Origin: Somniosus microcephalus
Taxonomy: Eukaryota
NCBI GenBank assembly: GCA_052327205.1
Contig: CM126223.1
Location: 68,572,001-68,636,000, forward strand
Direction of reading: 5' to 3'
DNA length: 64,000 nt
Under the pieces are notes generated by a model, which was not told the DNA's origin, ran no database searches, and saw only the letters and a program-made list of their open reading frames with translations. The stretch's first letter is position 1. The number at the start of each line of letters is the position of its first letter. The position numbers were made by a program, and so were the translations under genes. This document shows, in pieces, positions 50,101-62,875 of this stretch.

Positions 50101-51885
50101 TGCTAACTAGAGGTGAGATCAGTTAACAGTAGAGAGAGGACAAATCACAGGCCATTGCTATTAAACCGCCACAGAACGCACGTACAGTGACAGGGACACT
50201 CTTTGCTGTCTTGGAAGGTTTTATAGGGCAGCAGTTAGTCACTGTAGCAATGCTGAGATGTATGCAATAACCTTCAGGCAGCATAATTTCTATTAATCAG
50301 CTCTGGGGTCATTGGCAGAACGCACAGCAATCTGTAGTAGGGGAGGGGGAGGGGGGAAATAAGGAAAGGCAACCATTGAAACCAGGTTCTTGCTCAATTC
50401 TTTCAAATCCACTGGGCATGTAGCAGTTTGTAGCCTCATAACGGGTTCAGTTTGACTGCCTTAAAGAGTATAAAATGGAAAGAACTGAACAAGCTATGGT
50501 TACCAGACACAAAGAAGCCCACGGCTACAAAAACACTGGCATTTGGGGAGTGAAATTCCTTCTGTTAATTTAACAGAAAAAGCAGGCATGAATACAAAAT
50601 AGGATTTCTTGTTTTGTGCTTGCACCAACTTTTCCCATCTCCTTTCAATCTACACGAGATTCCAAGACTCGGCGACGGTTCTGTTTATTTTGGGGAGATG
50701 TCCCTGATACGATGGGACCTTTTGTAAAATACAGTACTACTATTGGCAGTATTAACAAGATCCCTGTCTGAGTCTGCAGTCTCTTTTTATTACTAAAATG
50801 GAAGCCTTAGAAATGGAGTAAATTGCACACGGGTGTTATTTTGCAATATGGATTTTAGGTTATGTCTATAGAAAATGTCTGTTGGCCTGCCTAACTGGGC
50901 ATTTCCACAGTGTTTAGAACAGCACCGGCTGTTTTCATTAGTGACGCACCTACATAATTTCTCTTGAGGTGAGTACATTGCTTCTAGGTTGGACCAAAAG
51001 ACTTCTGACTTTGGAATCTTGTACCATCAGGGAGAGAGAACCTTGCTTACAGTTAAATAAATTGGTATGGGCTGGGACAAAAGAATGATTGTAGGTTTCT
51101 ATGACCCGATGAGCTAGATGAGTCAAATGGCCACTTTCGGCTGTACTTATATTTGTGAAGATTTGCCACTGATTATCTGTATCTGTGTGACATGTGCAGC
51201 TTGTAGGTGACAAGCCAGCTCTCTGTTGTCTTCCAATGAAAAGGGGGCACTCTGTCTTAAAAACAGTCAATGAGAATCAAATGGTGTTGGATTTGGTTTT
51301 TACACAAGTTATGGAATTGGCATGGATGTCCTATTTTAGGGACACACAAAGGTGGAGAGAGGTTTTACAGTTGAGAAATGTGTAAACTGCTCAGACTAGA
51401 TTGTCGCTATTTGTGGTGGGATGGATTTTCCAGCTTGCATTTTGGAGAAGTCTAACTTCAGGCCTACAGCTCTGTATCTTGCGTGTACGCAGTCGAAATT
51501 GCACTCTGTGATATAACACGTCAGTATAAAATTCCTTTATCTGCTGTTAATCTGTACTTCTAACAGGAGCTGACCTGAAATTCCCCTGTTCACTATATTT
51601 TAATAAAGGCAGTTCAAAATGAACCTCTTCAAAATAAATGGGTTGAAACCTTCATTGCAGAGTGGACAAAATAATTTTGTATAAATGTGGTTTCAACCCC
51701 TATGTTCTAGGTAGCTTATACTGTACCTTGGCAACGTGCATATAGAGTGTGCACTAACTGAAGAATTGTACTTCAGATTGGCCTGCAGGTTTCTCTGCTA
51801 CCCACTTCAGATCACCAATATGATGGCTGCCTAACTTGCTGACTTTAGCCCAGTAATGGCCATATTTTGTGACGCGGTAACACAG

Positions 51886-52410
51886 GTTATCTAAGGAAGG
51901 ATGTTCTTGCCATGGAAGGAGTGCAGCGAAGATTCACCAGGCTGATACCTGGGATGGCAGGAATGACGTATGAGGAGAGATTGGGTCGATTGGGCTTATA
52001 CTCGCTGGAGTTTAGAAGATTGAGAGGGGATCTCATTGAAACTTATAAAATTCTAACAGGACTAGACAGACTAGATGCTGGAAGGATGTTCCCGATGGTC
52101 GGGGAGTCCAGAACCAGGAGTCACAGTCTTGAGGATAAAGGGTAAGTCATTTAGGACTGAAATGAGGAGTAATTTCTTCACCCAGAGAGTGGTGAACCTG
52201 TGGAATTCTCTACCACAGAAGGCAGTGGAGGCCAATTCATTAAATATATTCAAGAAGGAGTTGGATATATTTCTTAAGACTAAAGGGATATGGGGAGAAG
52301 GCAGGGACAGGGTACTGAATTTGGACGATCAGCCATGATCTCATTGAATGGCGGAGCAGGCTCGAGGGGCCGAATGGCCTACTCCTGCTCCTATCTTCTA
52401 TGTTTCTATG
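51886..52410 (+). mobile_element. CR1 (HER1-like) LINE 3' end, well preserved
   Basis: EGVQRRFTRLIPGM..YEERL..LGLYSLEFRRLRGDLIETYKI, FTQRVVNLWNSLP, tail ctatgtttctatg. Confidence 0.92.
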
Positions 52411-55400
52411 GGTTGTTGACATATAACTCGTCACCAAAACTGCAACTTTAGTGAACATAAATTGGTTTAGTGGTGAAACTGTCTGACTGGATTACTCACC
52501 AAAATTATCCATCTCTATTTATTTATACTATCGACATTAATGCAAATGACTGGACATCATTTCAGGCCTCAGATGGTGCTTTGTTTCCCACTGGTTAATT
52601 CATAGCCAATGGCTCCCATAGGCACTAGATGTTGGAAAATTTCAGTACCAGACACCAAGTTGCTATTAGTTGACTTGTCAACAAGTTATAGGTAATCTGG
52701 ATCAGACTATAGTTGTGTCTGTAAATCTATACGAGATATGAACACGGCTTCAGAAGTAATGGCAGTTGATTTTATTGTAAGATAATATAAATGGACAAAG
52801 AGACCACACAATGATCTGGAGCTCTAATGTACCTTGCCATTGAGCAACAGGTTCTGAACCCCTAATTCCCACATGCCGAGTTCCTCATCTTTGCTGCATC
52901 ACTGGTGGTGGCCATGCCCTTCCCCATGGATGGATATTTGTCTCCCAGGGCTGTTCTCACATGCCCACTGGTGGCTGGTTAAAATTGGTAGACATCATGG
53001 AGCAGATTCTTCAGCTGCACGACATAGACAAAGTGAGAGTGAAAAGCAAATTTTGCCCTCAAATTAAGGAGGTCACTGAGGCAGGTAAAGCCTGCCAACC
53101 ACACTGTTTTTAAAAAAAAAAAAAGTACGATTTTCAACTGCCTGCTCCCGTTTCTCACCTGTAAAACAAGTGGCTAGTTGTTGAAAATCGAGGGGCACCT
53201 TGGCCATCCGTTGGACACCCGATGCAATTTTCAGGTAGGCTTGTAAATATGCACATAAGACTCCTGCCTGAAACAGGCTGGAGACTTCTTACCCATCCTA
53301 CTCCCATAGAACTTCATTTGCAATTTTCAGGTACAGGTGGGGCTGACCATACACTTCTGGTTCCCTAAAAATACTGTGGCCTGCCTCTGGATGATGCACC
53401 CCCTGGCCGGTGTGCCTCCCCGCCCCTTTTTACTAAGCACTTCTGGCTCAGCCCACTCATGGGGGCCGCTGGATTTCCCACCAGCTGCGCACTCATGCTC
53501 AATGGACACTCAACAGCTCGCACTGGAACTATGCTGATGAGGCTGAACCTGAAAATAGATCAAGCTTCCCCGACGCTGCCTGTGGGGTGGCACGCGGCCA
53601 CTCAACCAACTTCATGTGTGTTTTGAAAAGCTACCCTCCCCTGTATTTCTCTATCCAGTGCAGCATCAATAGGGTAATTGGCATGCTTAACACCATGGTA
53701 GAAGTGCAGGAGGTGGCAGGTCAGTCAGTGTTGATGTCCTGCTGCCCCATATTGCGCAAAAGTTGAGGCCCAGGAGAAGCAGAAGATGAAGGAACTTCAG
53801 ACAAATGGGGAAATGGGCCACTGTGCAAAATAGGATTTTCAGCAGTGCTTTGCTTTTTGTGGAAAGTGCACTAGTAGAAATATCCTATTTCAGCAAATAC
53901 TATCAATTACAACTATTAAATGCAGCAACAGATTTATTTCCAGCAACACTATAAAGATAAATGAATGGGGGGAAAAAAAATGCTGCTTATAGTCGACCAC
54001 AACAAAAAATAAAATCAGCTACAGCAGTGTCACTGTGAAATGTAGCAGAATATCTCCGACCTAGAATGATTGTATATTTGATATTAGCGGTGTTAATACA
54101 GCAAGTGGCAGCTTTTCTATTCAGAGAACCCATCTTATTAATCTGTTGAATTTAATCTGTCTGTAGTGTTTCTACAAAGCCATTAAAATAGTAAATACTA
54201 TAGCTGTGTATTCAAAAGGAAAAGCTGATAAAAGGAACACTACTAAATATCAAAGAGAAATTACGTCTCTGACAGTGCTGAGCATCCGTCTGTGTCACTG
54301 CAGAGTCCCCTCAAGGTTAGGCTGTACTTGGTTCATGGTTCCTCTACTCTGACTTGTCATTTACATTAATAGGTTGCACCCTGTGCTCGGTGTCTAGCAG
54401 AAACAGAGGGGAGCAGACGGGTACCATGTGTGCGATCATATTTTCACAAGTGCTGACCCTGACCGCTTAACGCATGAGCGATGAAAATCTGCGATCCATC
54501 TGCTTATACCGTGAAAGTGCTGACAAGTGCACGCACTTCAGTGGCATTAATAGATATTTTCTTTGGAAAAATAAACAATTTCTGCACGGGCTCTCTGCTC
54601 CACAGAAACACCATGGTCCCGGGCGGTCTGCGCCTTCACTGTGGTTTGTGGCCTCTCAGGACGCAGTGTTGTATTGGTGTGTGAAATTAGATGCGCACAA
54701 ATGAAAATGGGCTCACAGTGACACTTTGAAGATTCAAAAATATGAATCTATTGGGTTTGTTGACATGAGAGGGCATCAATGTCTCGCGTTCAGTTGCCTT
54801 GAAACAATTGTGCTCCCTGAGGCTTGTTTGTTTGTAAAGTTTAAATGTGTCTGTGTCATCTTATTTACTGTTAGTTTTTCTTTCTCTCGCAATATACTAA
54901 CTATTCCTGAACCAACTTTTTGATGCACAAAAGTATGCATTCAACCAAGAAATTTATCTCCTAATCTGGTCCAGAGCTAGATGCTGCCGTGCAAGGTTAC
55001 TGTATAAATGTTAAAATATAATGCGATGTGAATTTGATATGAGCGCGTTGTGCTTTTGTATGGTGGTAACACACATTAACTTCCAGGCTTTACGGCCATG
55101 GTCTCTCGTAGCATTGCTCACAGTGAGTAAAAGCTTCTACTGTGTAGAGGGTGCACATCTCTCGTGAAAGAAATCCGAAAGATATTCGAAATCTCCTTGG
55201 GGACCTTGAAGTAAGTGTGTTTTGATTGGTTCCTGGAAAATAAACCGTGTTTTCCTTACCCACTGCAGGTTAGATGAAAAATAAACCAAGTTTATAAATC
55301 AATCTTTGCATATAATACTGTACAGGGGAGCAACTCTTTACTGTCTGTCTGTTAGGGTGTAGCTTTTCACGGTGAAGGTTAAGAAATATATAAAAGTTCA

Positions 55401-57185
55401 GTTTAATCTACCTTTACTAAATATATCTTAGTTTTAGGCAGTACTGCACCTTTTGGAAAAACATTTTAAATTTCAGGACTTTTATTTGGAACCTACCCCC
55501 CCCCCCCCCCCCCCCCCGCAACTCCAAACTGAATAATGGTACTCTCCTTTCCAGAAGTATTTATAAAGTTTAATCATTTTTCTGTAAATTTTGTAATTTT
55601 TAAAAACTTTTTTAATGTTGCAACTTTATTTTCAATATGTATTGCTCAGCTTAGTGGAGCCCCCAAGATGGTTGACAAAAGGATTTAAAGTGATTTGATT
55701 GGCTTGGGAATCTCTCTTAAATCAAAAATGGTCGATCAGCAACAGCTAGCAGTAAAACATATTTGAACTTAATGATTAATGGTTTTCGTTCCTGCTTCCG
55801 AATTACTGATTGATACTTTCTCTGCCCATTCAATTGTGATGTATTGCTGTTTCATTAATATGAAAATTGAGCCAGCCAGTGTGACACAAATTTATTTCCA
55901 TATAGGCGCACGATGGTCACCGCACATTGTAGAATTTTTTTTTAAAATATGCGTTATTTGATCTCCCATGGCATTGCTTACGGAGCAAATGGTGGATTTA
56001 GAATGGGCAAAACTAAAAACATAAATTCAGGTGGAAATGTAATTATTAACTTTGAGGAAGTAATGGAATACATTTTATAAATCAATGTGTGGTTTTAAAA
56101 AAAAATATATATATATTTATATAATAATTTAAATATAATCGGTAAATTACTAATTAAATGTAATTCCTAAATTGATGAAATTGAGTCAAGTTAAATGTAG
56201 TGTGTAATTTATTAATTTCATGAGTAAATTAAGCAATTACAAAATTGAGTGAGTAACTTACTAAGTGGTGAGATGAATGTTAGTGATTTTTGTGTTCGGC
56301 TCGGGAAGGCTAGTTGTATTGGGTTGCAGTCTAAGAGCGGGAGTCTTCTACCGTTGCTGGTCTGTGGATGGAATGCAGAGGCTCTGTATTTGTGGTATAG
56401 GCCCAAAGCCTGCCTTGTCACATGAACATGTTTGTGTGGAGTCTGCTGTAACTTCTGGTGGGAGGCAAACTTGTGGCTGGCTGCTCTGTAGTCATTGTTG
56501 TGGTTATCCTGGGTGATGGTGCATAAGTTGTGGGTGGGCTAGGGTCCCATTAGTCAGTGTATCTCCTGCCAGTGCAGTCTGCACCATATCTCTGGCTTGA
56601 CCTCGCTATTGCAGGCGATGCCCATTTTGGTTGTGTTTCAATTCTGGCCTCTTGCGCATCCCCGATTTTTAATCGCGCCACCATTGGCGCCTGTGCTTTT
56701 CCTAAGCTCTGGAATTCCCTCCTTAAACCTCTCCGCCTCGCGACACCTCTTTCCTCCTTTTAAGACTGTCCTTAAAACCTACCTCTCGTCTGTTCTGATA
56801 TTGCCTTCGGTGGCTCGGTGTCAAATTTTGATTTAATAACGCTCTCGTTAAGCGCCTTGGAACGTTTTACTACCTTTAAGGTGTTCTATAAATACAAGTT
56901 ATTTTTGTTGTTTTGTAGAAGTAAAGTTGTAGCTTTGGTATGGCAGGTCTTTTATCGGTGTGGGCCCTGTGGCTGTCTGGTGGAAACTACGCTCAGTATG
57001 CAAGGTATTGGGCGTAACCACTGCCATTGCTGCTGCGGCCACTTGCCTGCAAAAAGTGCTACGCACTTGTTCAGACCACTCGACTCACTAGTTCACACAT
57101 GCGTGATTCAGGTTTCTATGGGCACAAAAAGAGAGATAGGAAAGCCCAACTGATGAAAGGTGCAGCTAATTGCAGGTGCAGGCCT

Positions 57186-57186
<1 letters not shown>

Positions 57187-57238
<52 letters not shown>
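57187..57238 (+). repeat. Poly(A) tract (52 nt)
   Basis: Uninterrupted A run. Confidence 0.95.
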
Positions 57239-57240
<2 letters not shown>

Positions 57241-59733
57241 CCAAGGGATTTCCAGCAACATACAGCTAAGTGAATGAGTAAGAATAAGGTTGTTGAGTTT
57301 CTTTTGACTTGGGAGTTACTTGTAGCTCCTACCTTTTGGATGAGATGTTAAACTGAGCTCTCGTCCGCCCACCTCGGCAGTCAAGCGGCCTCCCAAGGCA
57401 CGATTCAAAAAGGAGTGGGAAGTTCTCCTAGTGTCCTCGCCAAAGATGCCTCCGCCAATACCACCAAAAGACAAGTTAACTGGTGATGTAACTCATGCCT
57501 TTTTGTGGGATGGTGTGGCTGCCTTGTTTATCTACATAATAACAACAGTCACTGCACCTCAAAGATAATTTACTGTGTCAAGAGGTTTTGATGTGAAAGT
57601 ATGTTTGTTTTTTTTTTACTATTTTATTTTCAGCCTAATAGTAGAATTTTATCGCAATAAAACAAAATGTTTCGGGGAAAATGAATTTCTTCTTTCTCTA
57701 AAGTCTGAGGAGTGGGCTCCAGCTATTTTTTCTTGTGAAAAGCCTGTTGTAACTCTCGCTTACACCTGCAGTGCTGGTGAGTTATGAGTCTTTCATACTG
57801 GGGGAAGAACACTGGTAACTCACTGTCACAGGTGAACTATCATCCTGTGTTCAGAATTATCATCACATAAATTGTGTAATGAGGAACTTGGGCTGAAGGG
57901 ACTTCGCTCCTGAAGAGGGGAAGCGCTGAGCTTGTTTACCGCATAAACTGCGCTGCTGGTTTTTATTGTGCGGTATATCTCTCCGATGCAGTCGAAATCC
58001 CAGCCTGTGTTTTATTGCAGACAGTGTCAGAATGATGTGTTTGGCTTGCAATGATGTGCTTCTCTCCTCATAAAATAAACTGCCCGTGGCGCAGAAGTGT
58101 TATTACAAATACCTACACGGCCAGGCAGAACGTTGAGTGGCTGATGGCTTGTTGCATCCTTTGGTGTCCACCCCAAGGGTAAATGGGCAGAGGGAAGGCA
58201 TAGCATTGTTGTGCAGTTCAGGAGTGCTGCAGCCAGAGTCTCTGCTGGCTACGTCTCCAGTGTGGAGAGTGCTTTCGAATCCGGTACCTGATTTACATCT
58301 GCAGGCTAGGTTTAAAATGCACAAATGTGGCTCATGCAGCTGTGTGGTCAATCTTATACCGGCTGACTGACTGACATACAAGATGCTGGTACAACCGCTA
58401 CCCCAGACTGTACAATATCTTAGTTCCAGGAAGTCTATAGATCCAATACTGATTCTACAAGTGAGCAGTATCGGAGATTTGTTTTGGGAGTTCTGCAACC
58501 AGCTCTTGTCTTCTAGACATTTAAAGATGCTTTGTCACTGCACAAGGTGGCCTGAAAGACGTTGCCTGTATACAGGGCACACAATTATATTAGTGCTTGG
58601 ATAAAGTAAAAATGCTTTGTGAAAATGTATGCTTCAGCTGCCTTTTTGGTGACTCATTCTCCCCTCTTTCTCTTCTGGAGATGTTGACGTCTGCTAAATA
58701 TAGTTCCACTTGAATACTGGTCTCCAGTACTCCTACTCTGTGAACATTAACAGTGTTATTAGGCTATTCAACCACAGAGCGCTTCACAGCCGAGCCCGAT
58801 CCCGTTATTGCCTAAAGTCTTCACTCGCACATCCAGCGGGATTTGCTGGACAGCAAGAAGGAAAAGCAATTCCAGCCGATTTCACTTTCCCTTAATCCTG
58901 GGACACTGATGCAAATTGGAGTGTTCGCCCAATCGCGAACGGACGAGTCGGACCTGAGACCTGCTCTGCACAATTCAGAGCTGGAGACCTTACCTCTGGA
59001 AGGGGTGTTTGTTTTTTTTTTCAATTTTCCTAAAAACCCTCTCCATCCAACGGCATGACTCATGTTCAAACACATCCTCCCGTTGTTTATGCAGGATAAC
59101 ATGGTGGCTACATTGTTGTTCAGGCCCAAACAGAAGTCTAAAAATTGAAAACACTAGACATACTAGCAGGTGTGTCAGCACCTATAAAGAGAAACGACAG
59201 GTTAAGATTTACGACATAAACTCTTCCTTACTTTGAAGGAAGGGTCTGCATCTGAAACGTCATCAGCTGTGTATATCCAAAATGTTCTATTGTTATCTCC
59301 GATTTGCAGCATTTGCAGTTTTGTTTCTTTTTCTTTGTAAGGTTTGCTTGATGCATTTCAATGACCAGTGCTGCTTAACACTTTTTTTGTGTTGCTACAT
59401 TTTCTTTGTATTTTACTTTTTCTTTGTATTTTACTCCAGGTAAAGGCTGATATCAGTCAGGAGATCTTTGCACATGTCCTCCTGCCACTCGAGCACCCTG
59501 TGATTAATGTCTGCTTGGGGTTGTCAGTAGTTTTCCATTTTAAAAATTCAGCAAAAACGTGAAACTTGTCGCATGAAAATTGCCGTCTCCACCGTCGGGG
59601 CAGACACCAAGATTATTCTCCCTCCAGTTGTTAATTTTCAGACTTGTTAAGGAGCACTTCTTGATTTTCCAGTTTTTTCACCCCCTTTCCTGAAAGTGTT
59701 GAATCCTTGTGATAGTCTTATGGTAGTGGGGAC

Positions 59734-60057
59734 CAATATTCCCTCTAATTTTTTTTATCATGCGCAGTCCCTTTTAACTGGCTGCGTGGCCCATTCAAAT
59801 TTTCGCGCATGCACGGTTTCTTCCACGTAAAATCCAGTGAGTGGCCTGCGCGGGACCTCCAGACTGCCACGCAGCTTAGCGGGAACATTGGTGGGGACCA
59901 GTGTTCCTTCTACTTATTTGTTTGGCCCGCGCGGCCCCTTTAATGGGCTGTGTGGGCAATTCAAAATTCCACACATGCGCGGTTTTTTTCTATTTAAAAG
60001 CCAGCTCACCGGCTGCGCAGGACCTCCAGAGCGCTGCGCGGCTTAAAGAGGACATTG
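59734..60057. mobile_element. Two tandem hAT-type MITEs (59734-59890, 59899-60057)
   Basis: Each has caatgttccc-type TIRs; bounded and separated by gtggggac/gtggggac/gtggggcc. Confidence 0.85.
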
Positions 60058-60360
60058 GTGGGGCCCCTTCCTGTATCTTGCCTAACAGTTCATTATTCAC
60101 GTGAACCTTACCAGGTGAGAGTCAGCAGAGGACCCTGCGGCCAAACCCAACCCAGTCCTCGCCCTGTGCTCCAGCACGCACATTTTCAGCAGGGATCACT
60201 CGATAGCAATCGGGAATGGGAATCTTCCTAACCAGGGAGTTTTCTGGTCGGAATGGCTCAAAGACACAGACTTTACTTCTGAGCCATCAGAGCAGCAATG
60301 AAGCCGATCTAATATTATTTTCAACATTGCAATATTGCTTTTTTTTTTTTAATCTCTAAG

Positions 60361-60504
60361 GTACTTGGCCGAGAAGTGTATACATCCAACAACCAGCTCG
60401 GAGGGGTCCAGATCATGCACAATAATGGTGTGACCCACACAACTGTCTATGACGACTTTGAGGGAGTTGTTATCCTCCTTCAGTGGCTGTCCTACATGCC
60501 AAAG
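60361..60504 (+). CDS. ACACA: ACACA exon F (144 nt): [48 protein letters not shown]
   Basis: Poly-T tract and ctaag acceptor, gtttgt donor; [10 protein letters not shown] motif; in frame with exon E. Confidence 0.96.
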
Positions 60505-60574
60505 GTTTGTATTCTAATTTGGATTTTGAGATATGGAGCAAAAATGTTTAATGTGCTAGTCAGTCATTATTTAT

Positions 60575-61290
60575 GATAACCATTAAGAGAAAATGACCGT
60601 CAATAACCCAGCTGTTACAGGCATAACTGGAAATATTACTGGTATTATGCACTTAACAGGCAGCAACCCACACTGTTACATGCTTAGCAAACAATAACCC
60701 ACACTCGTGTTTATCTGACAGATAATAGTTAATAAATAACCTATTTTTTTTAAAGACAATAGCATGCAATTATTTTTTGACAGACAATAACTTGCCCTGT
60801 TAATAACAGACAAAAAACGCATTGGTGCAACAAACAATAGCCCAGACTCTCTAACAGATTATAACATTTTTATTTGAAGGAGAATAGCCTGCACTGTTAC
60901 TTACTTAACAAACAATAACCCACACTGCTATAGACTTAATAGACAAAAACCTGCGTTATTTAACAGACAACCCACTACTGTTTATTTAACAGCGAAATAA
61001 CATGCAGGGTTATTTATTTAACAGAGAATGATGCACACTGTTGCATGTTGAACACAATAACCCATACTCGTAACAGAATATAACTTGCACTGTTACATGC
61101 TAACACACTCTTATATATTTAATAGACAATAACACGCACTGTGTACTATTACATAATAGACAACTTACACTGTTGCAAACTTTACAGATACTATTCCTCA
61201 CTGTTGCTCACTTAACAAACAATAACCTGTACTGTTGCACTCTTAATCGACAATAAGCTGCAATGTTACACAATTAACAGAAGATAAGGG
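60575..61290. repeat. Degenerate ~30-bp minisatellite (consensus ~ttaacagacaataacccacactgttacatgc)
   Basis: About 20 diverged units sharing acaataac and cactgtta motifs. Confidence 0.75.
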
Positions 61291-61753
61291 CGGAGGTGTA
61301 TCCAGGGTAGAATAACACAAATATCAAAACTTGCAAGTAGAATTCAGAAGGTGGAATTTATTTATTTTTTAAAAATCATCTTTTAATTGAAAATAATATT
61401 TTTAAGGTGTTTGACTTTGTGAAGAGATGATTTGCTAGGGATGAATGGGAGAAAGATATTTGTACCCTGGTTTGAGTTGTTGTCTAGTTGACCTACAGGA
61501 AATCTTCATAATTTTTTTATGGGGATTTAGTCTCATTGTTTTCGGTGAGGAATCCATTGTGGATGTTGCGTGCTCCTTACGTTCAATGACTGTGCTAGTA
61601 ATTCATTTTGTCACTGAACTTAGATTGATATTTACATCTCTTTACCATGCTGCAACAGCTTTTGATGTTTTTGACTCGTTTGTAGAATTAGAAGTGAGTT
61701 GTTTCTTGTAAAGTGTGCTGATTTTGTTTTTTCGAATTGTGTTTTACCCGTAG

Positions 61754-61874
61754 AATGTGTTGAGTTCAGTGCCCATCCTCAAGCCTAAGGATCCCATTGA
61801 TCGAGCCGTTGAGTTTGTTCCTACCAAAGCTCCTTATGATCCGCGGTGGATGCTTGCTGGACGCCCTCACCCAA
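61754..61874 (+). CDS. ACACA: ACACA exon G (121 nt): [40 protein letters not shown]
   Basis: cgtag acceptor, gtaaga donor; [15 protein letters not shown] motif. The gene continues beyond both window ends. Confidence 0.96.
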
Positions 61875-62726
61875 GTAAGAAAAGGAACATTCTGTGATTT
61901 AGTTACAATATATTGTATTGTGGGGCAAATTTATTTCCGTGAGTGATGGGAAAATATTAGTTGAGTAGCCACGGTTGGTAGGATTATTAACCAGTACTTT
62001 CTGTCTGACTTGGCTATCAAACATCCAACAGCTTGAGCTACCAGTTTAGTCTTTAGCTCAAAACTGTACAATCTGAGGTCCCTGGCCCCACTTTTGTGTC
62101 TTCCAATTTTCTCCCTTCCCCTCCTGCAGATGTTAATATGGTCTTGGGGGTGTAGTTCTGTGGTAGTGTTCGCCTTTTGTACCACAACTAAATGGTCATT
62201 ATTTATGGCCAGATGGACTTGACAATGAGCATTGGCAGGCTCTCTTGACTGGAGGATCCTGTGATCACCTGATCGCCATAGGTGTACAGTTCCAGCAGGG
62301 GCCATTGGATTGTGAACAGGAGTGGGAACCGTGGCCAATTTTTCCCATTCCTAACCAAGAGGTAATGAGGTCAATTATAGCATCCCTACCACTAGTCTGC
62401 CTGAGATCAACACAAACAAGGATCACACCTGGCACACCTCTTCTGTATGACTTTGAGACAGAGACTTTATTTTTGAATCACTAGGACAGCTGAGATACAG
62501 ACACTTTAACATTCCATTCTATAGTTGTCCCGTACAAAACCAGGAAAGAAAGATGTATACTGGAATCCTGTTCATCTGAGAATTATTTAGTCAATTAGAA
62601 CAATGATCTGTTTTGCAAAACCACAACCCATCTGATTCTGTGTTACTGGAATTGTCCATAGTGATGGCTGCACTTCAACTGTAGTGATCATTTTTGTGGT
62701 AGTTCCCCTTTTGCTTTAGTTGTGAC

Positions 62727-62875
62727 CAATGTTCCCTCTAATTTCTTTTGAGGCCACGCCGCCCCTTTAACAGGCTGCGCAGCCCATTCAAAATTCCGTG
62801 CTTGCGTGGTTTTAAAAGTCAGTGAGCCCGCTGCACGGGAGCTTCAGAACGCTGCACAGCTTAAAGGGAACATTG
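62727..62875. mobile_element. hAT-type MITE
   Basis: caatgttccc...gggaacattg with perfect 8-bp TSD GTTGTGAC. Confidence 0.9.

Noticed and set aside
54900-56260. 3' UTR of a nested gene
   Set aside because: AT-rich, but no associated coding exons could be identified on either strand.
60575-61290. CRISPR-like array
   Set aside because: Vertebrate intron, degenerate contiguous units, no unique spacers, no cas genes.
2197-61874. ACACB assignment
   Set aside because: SLIKLW...[19 protein letters not shown] and [10 protein letters not shown] match ACC1 better than ACC2 as I recall the human sequences.
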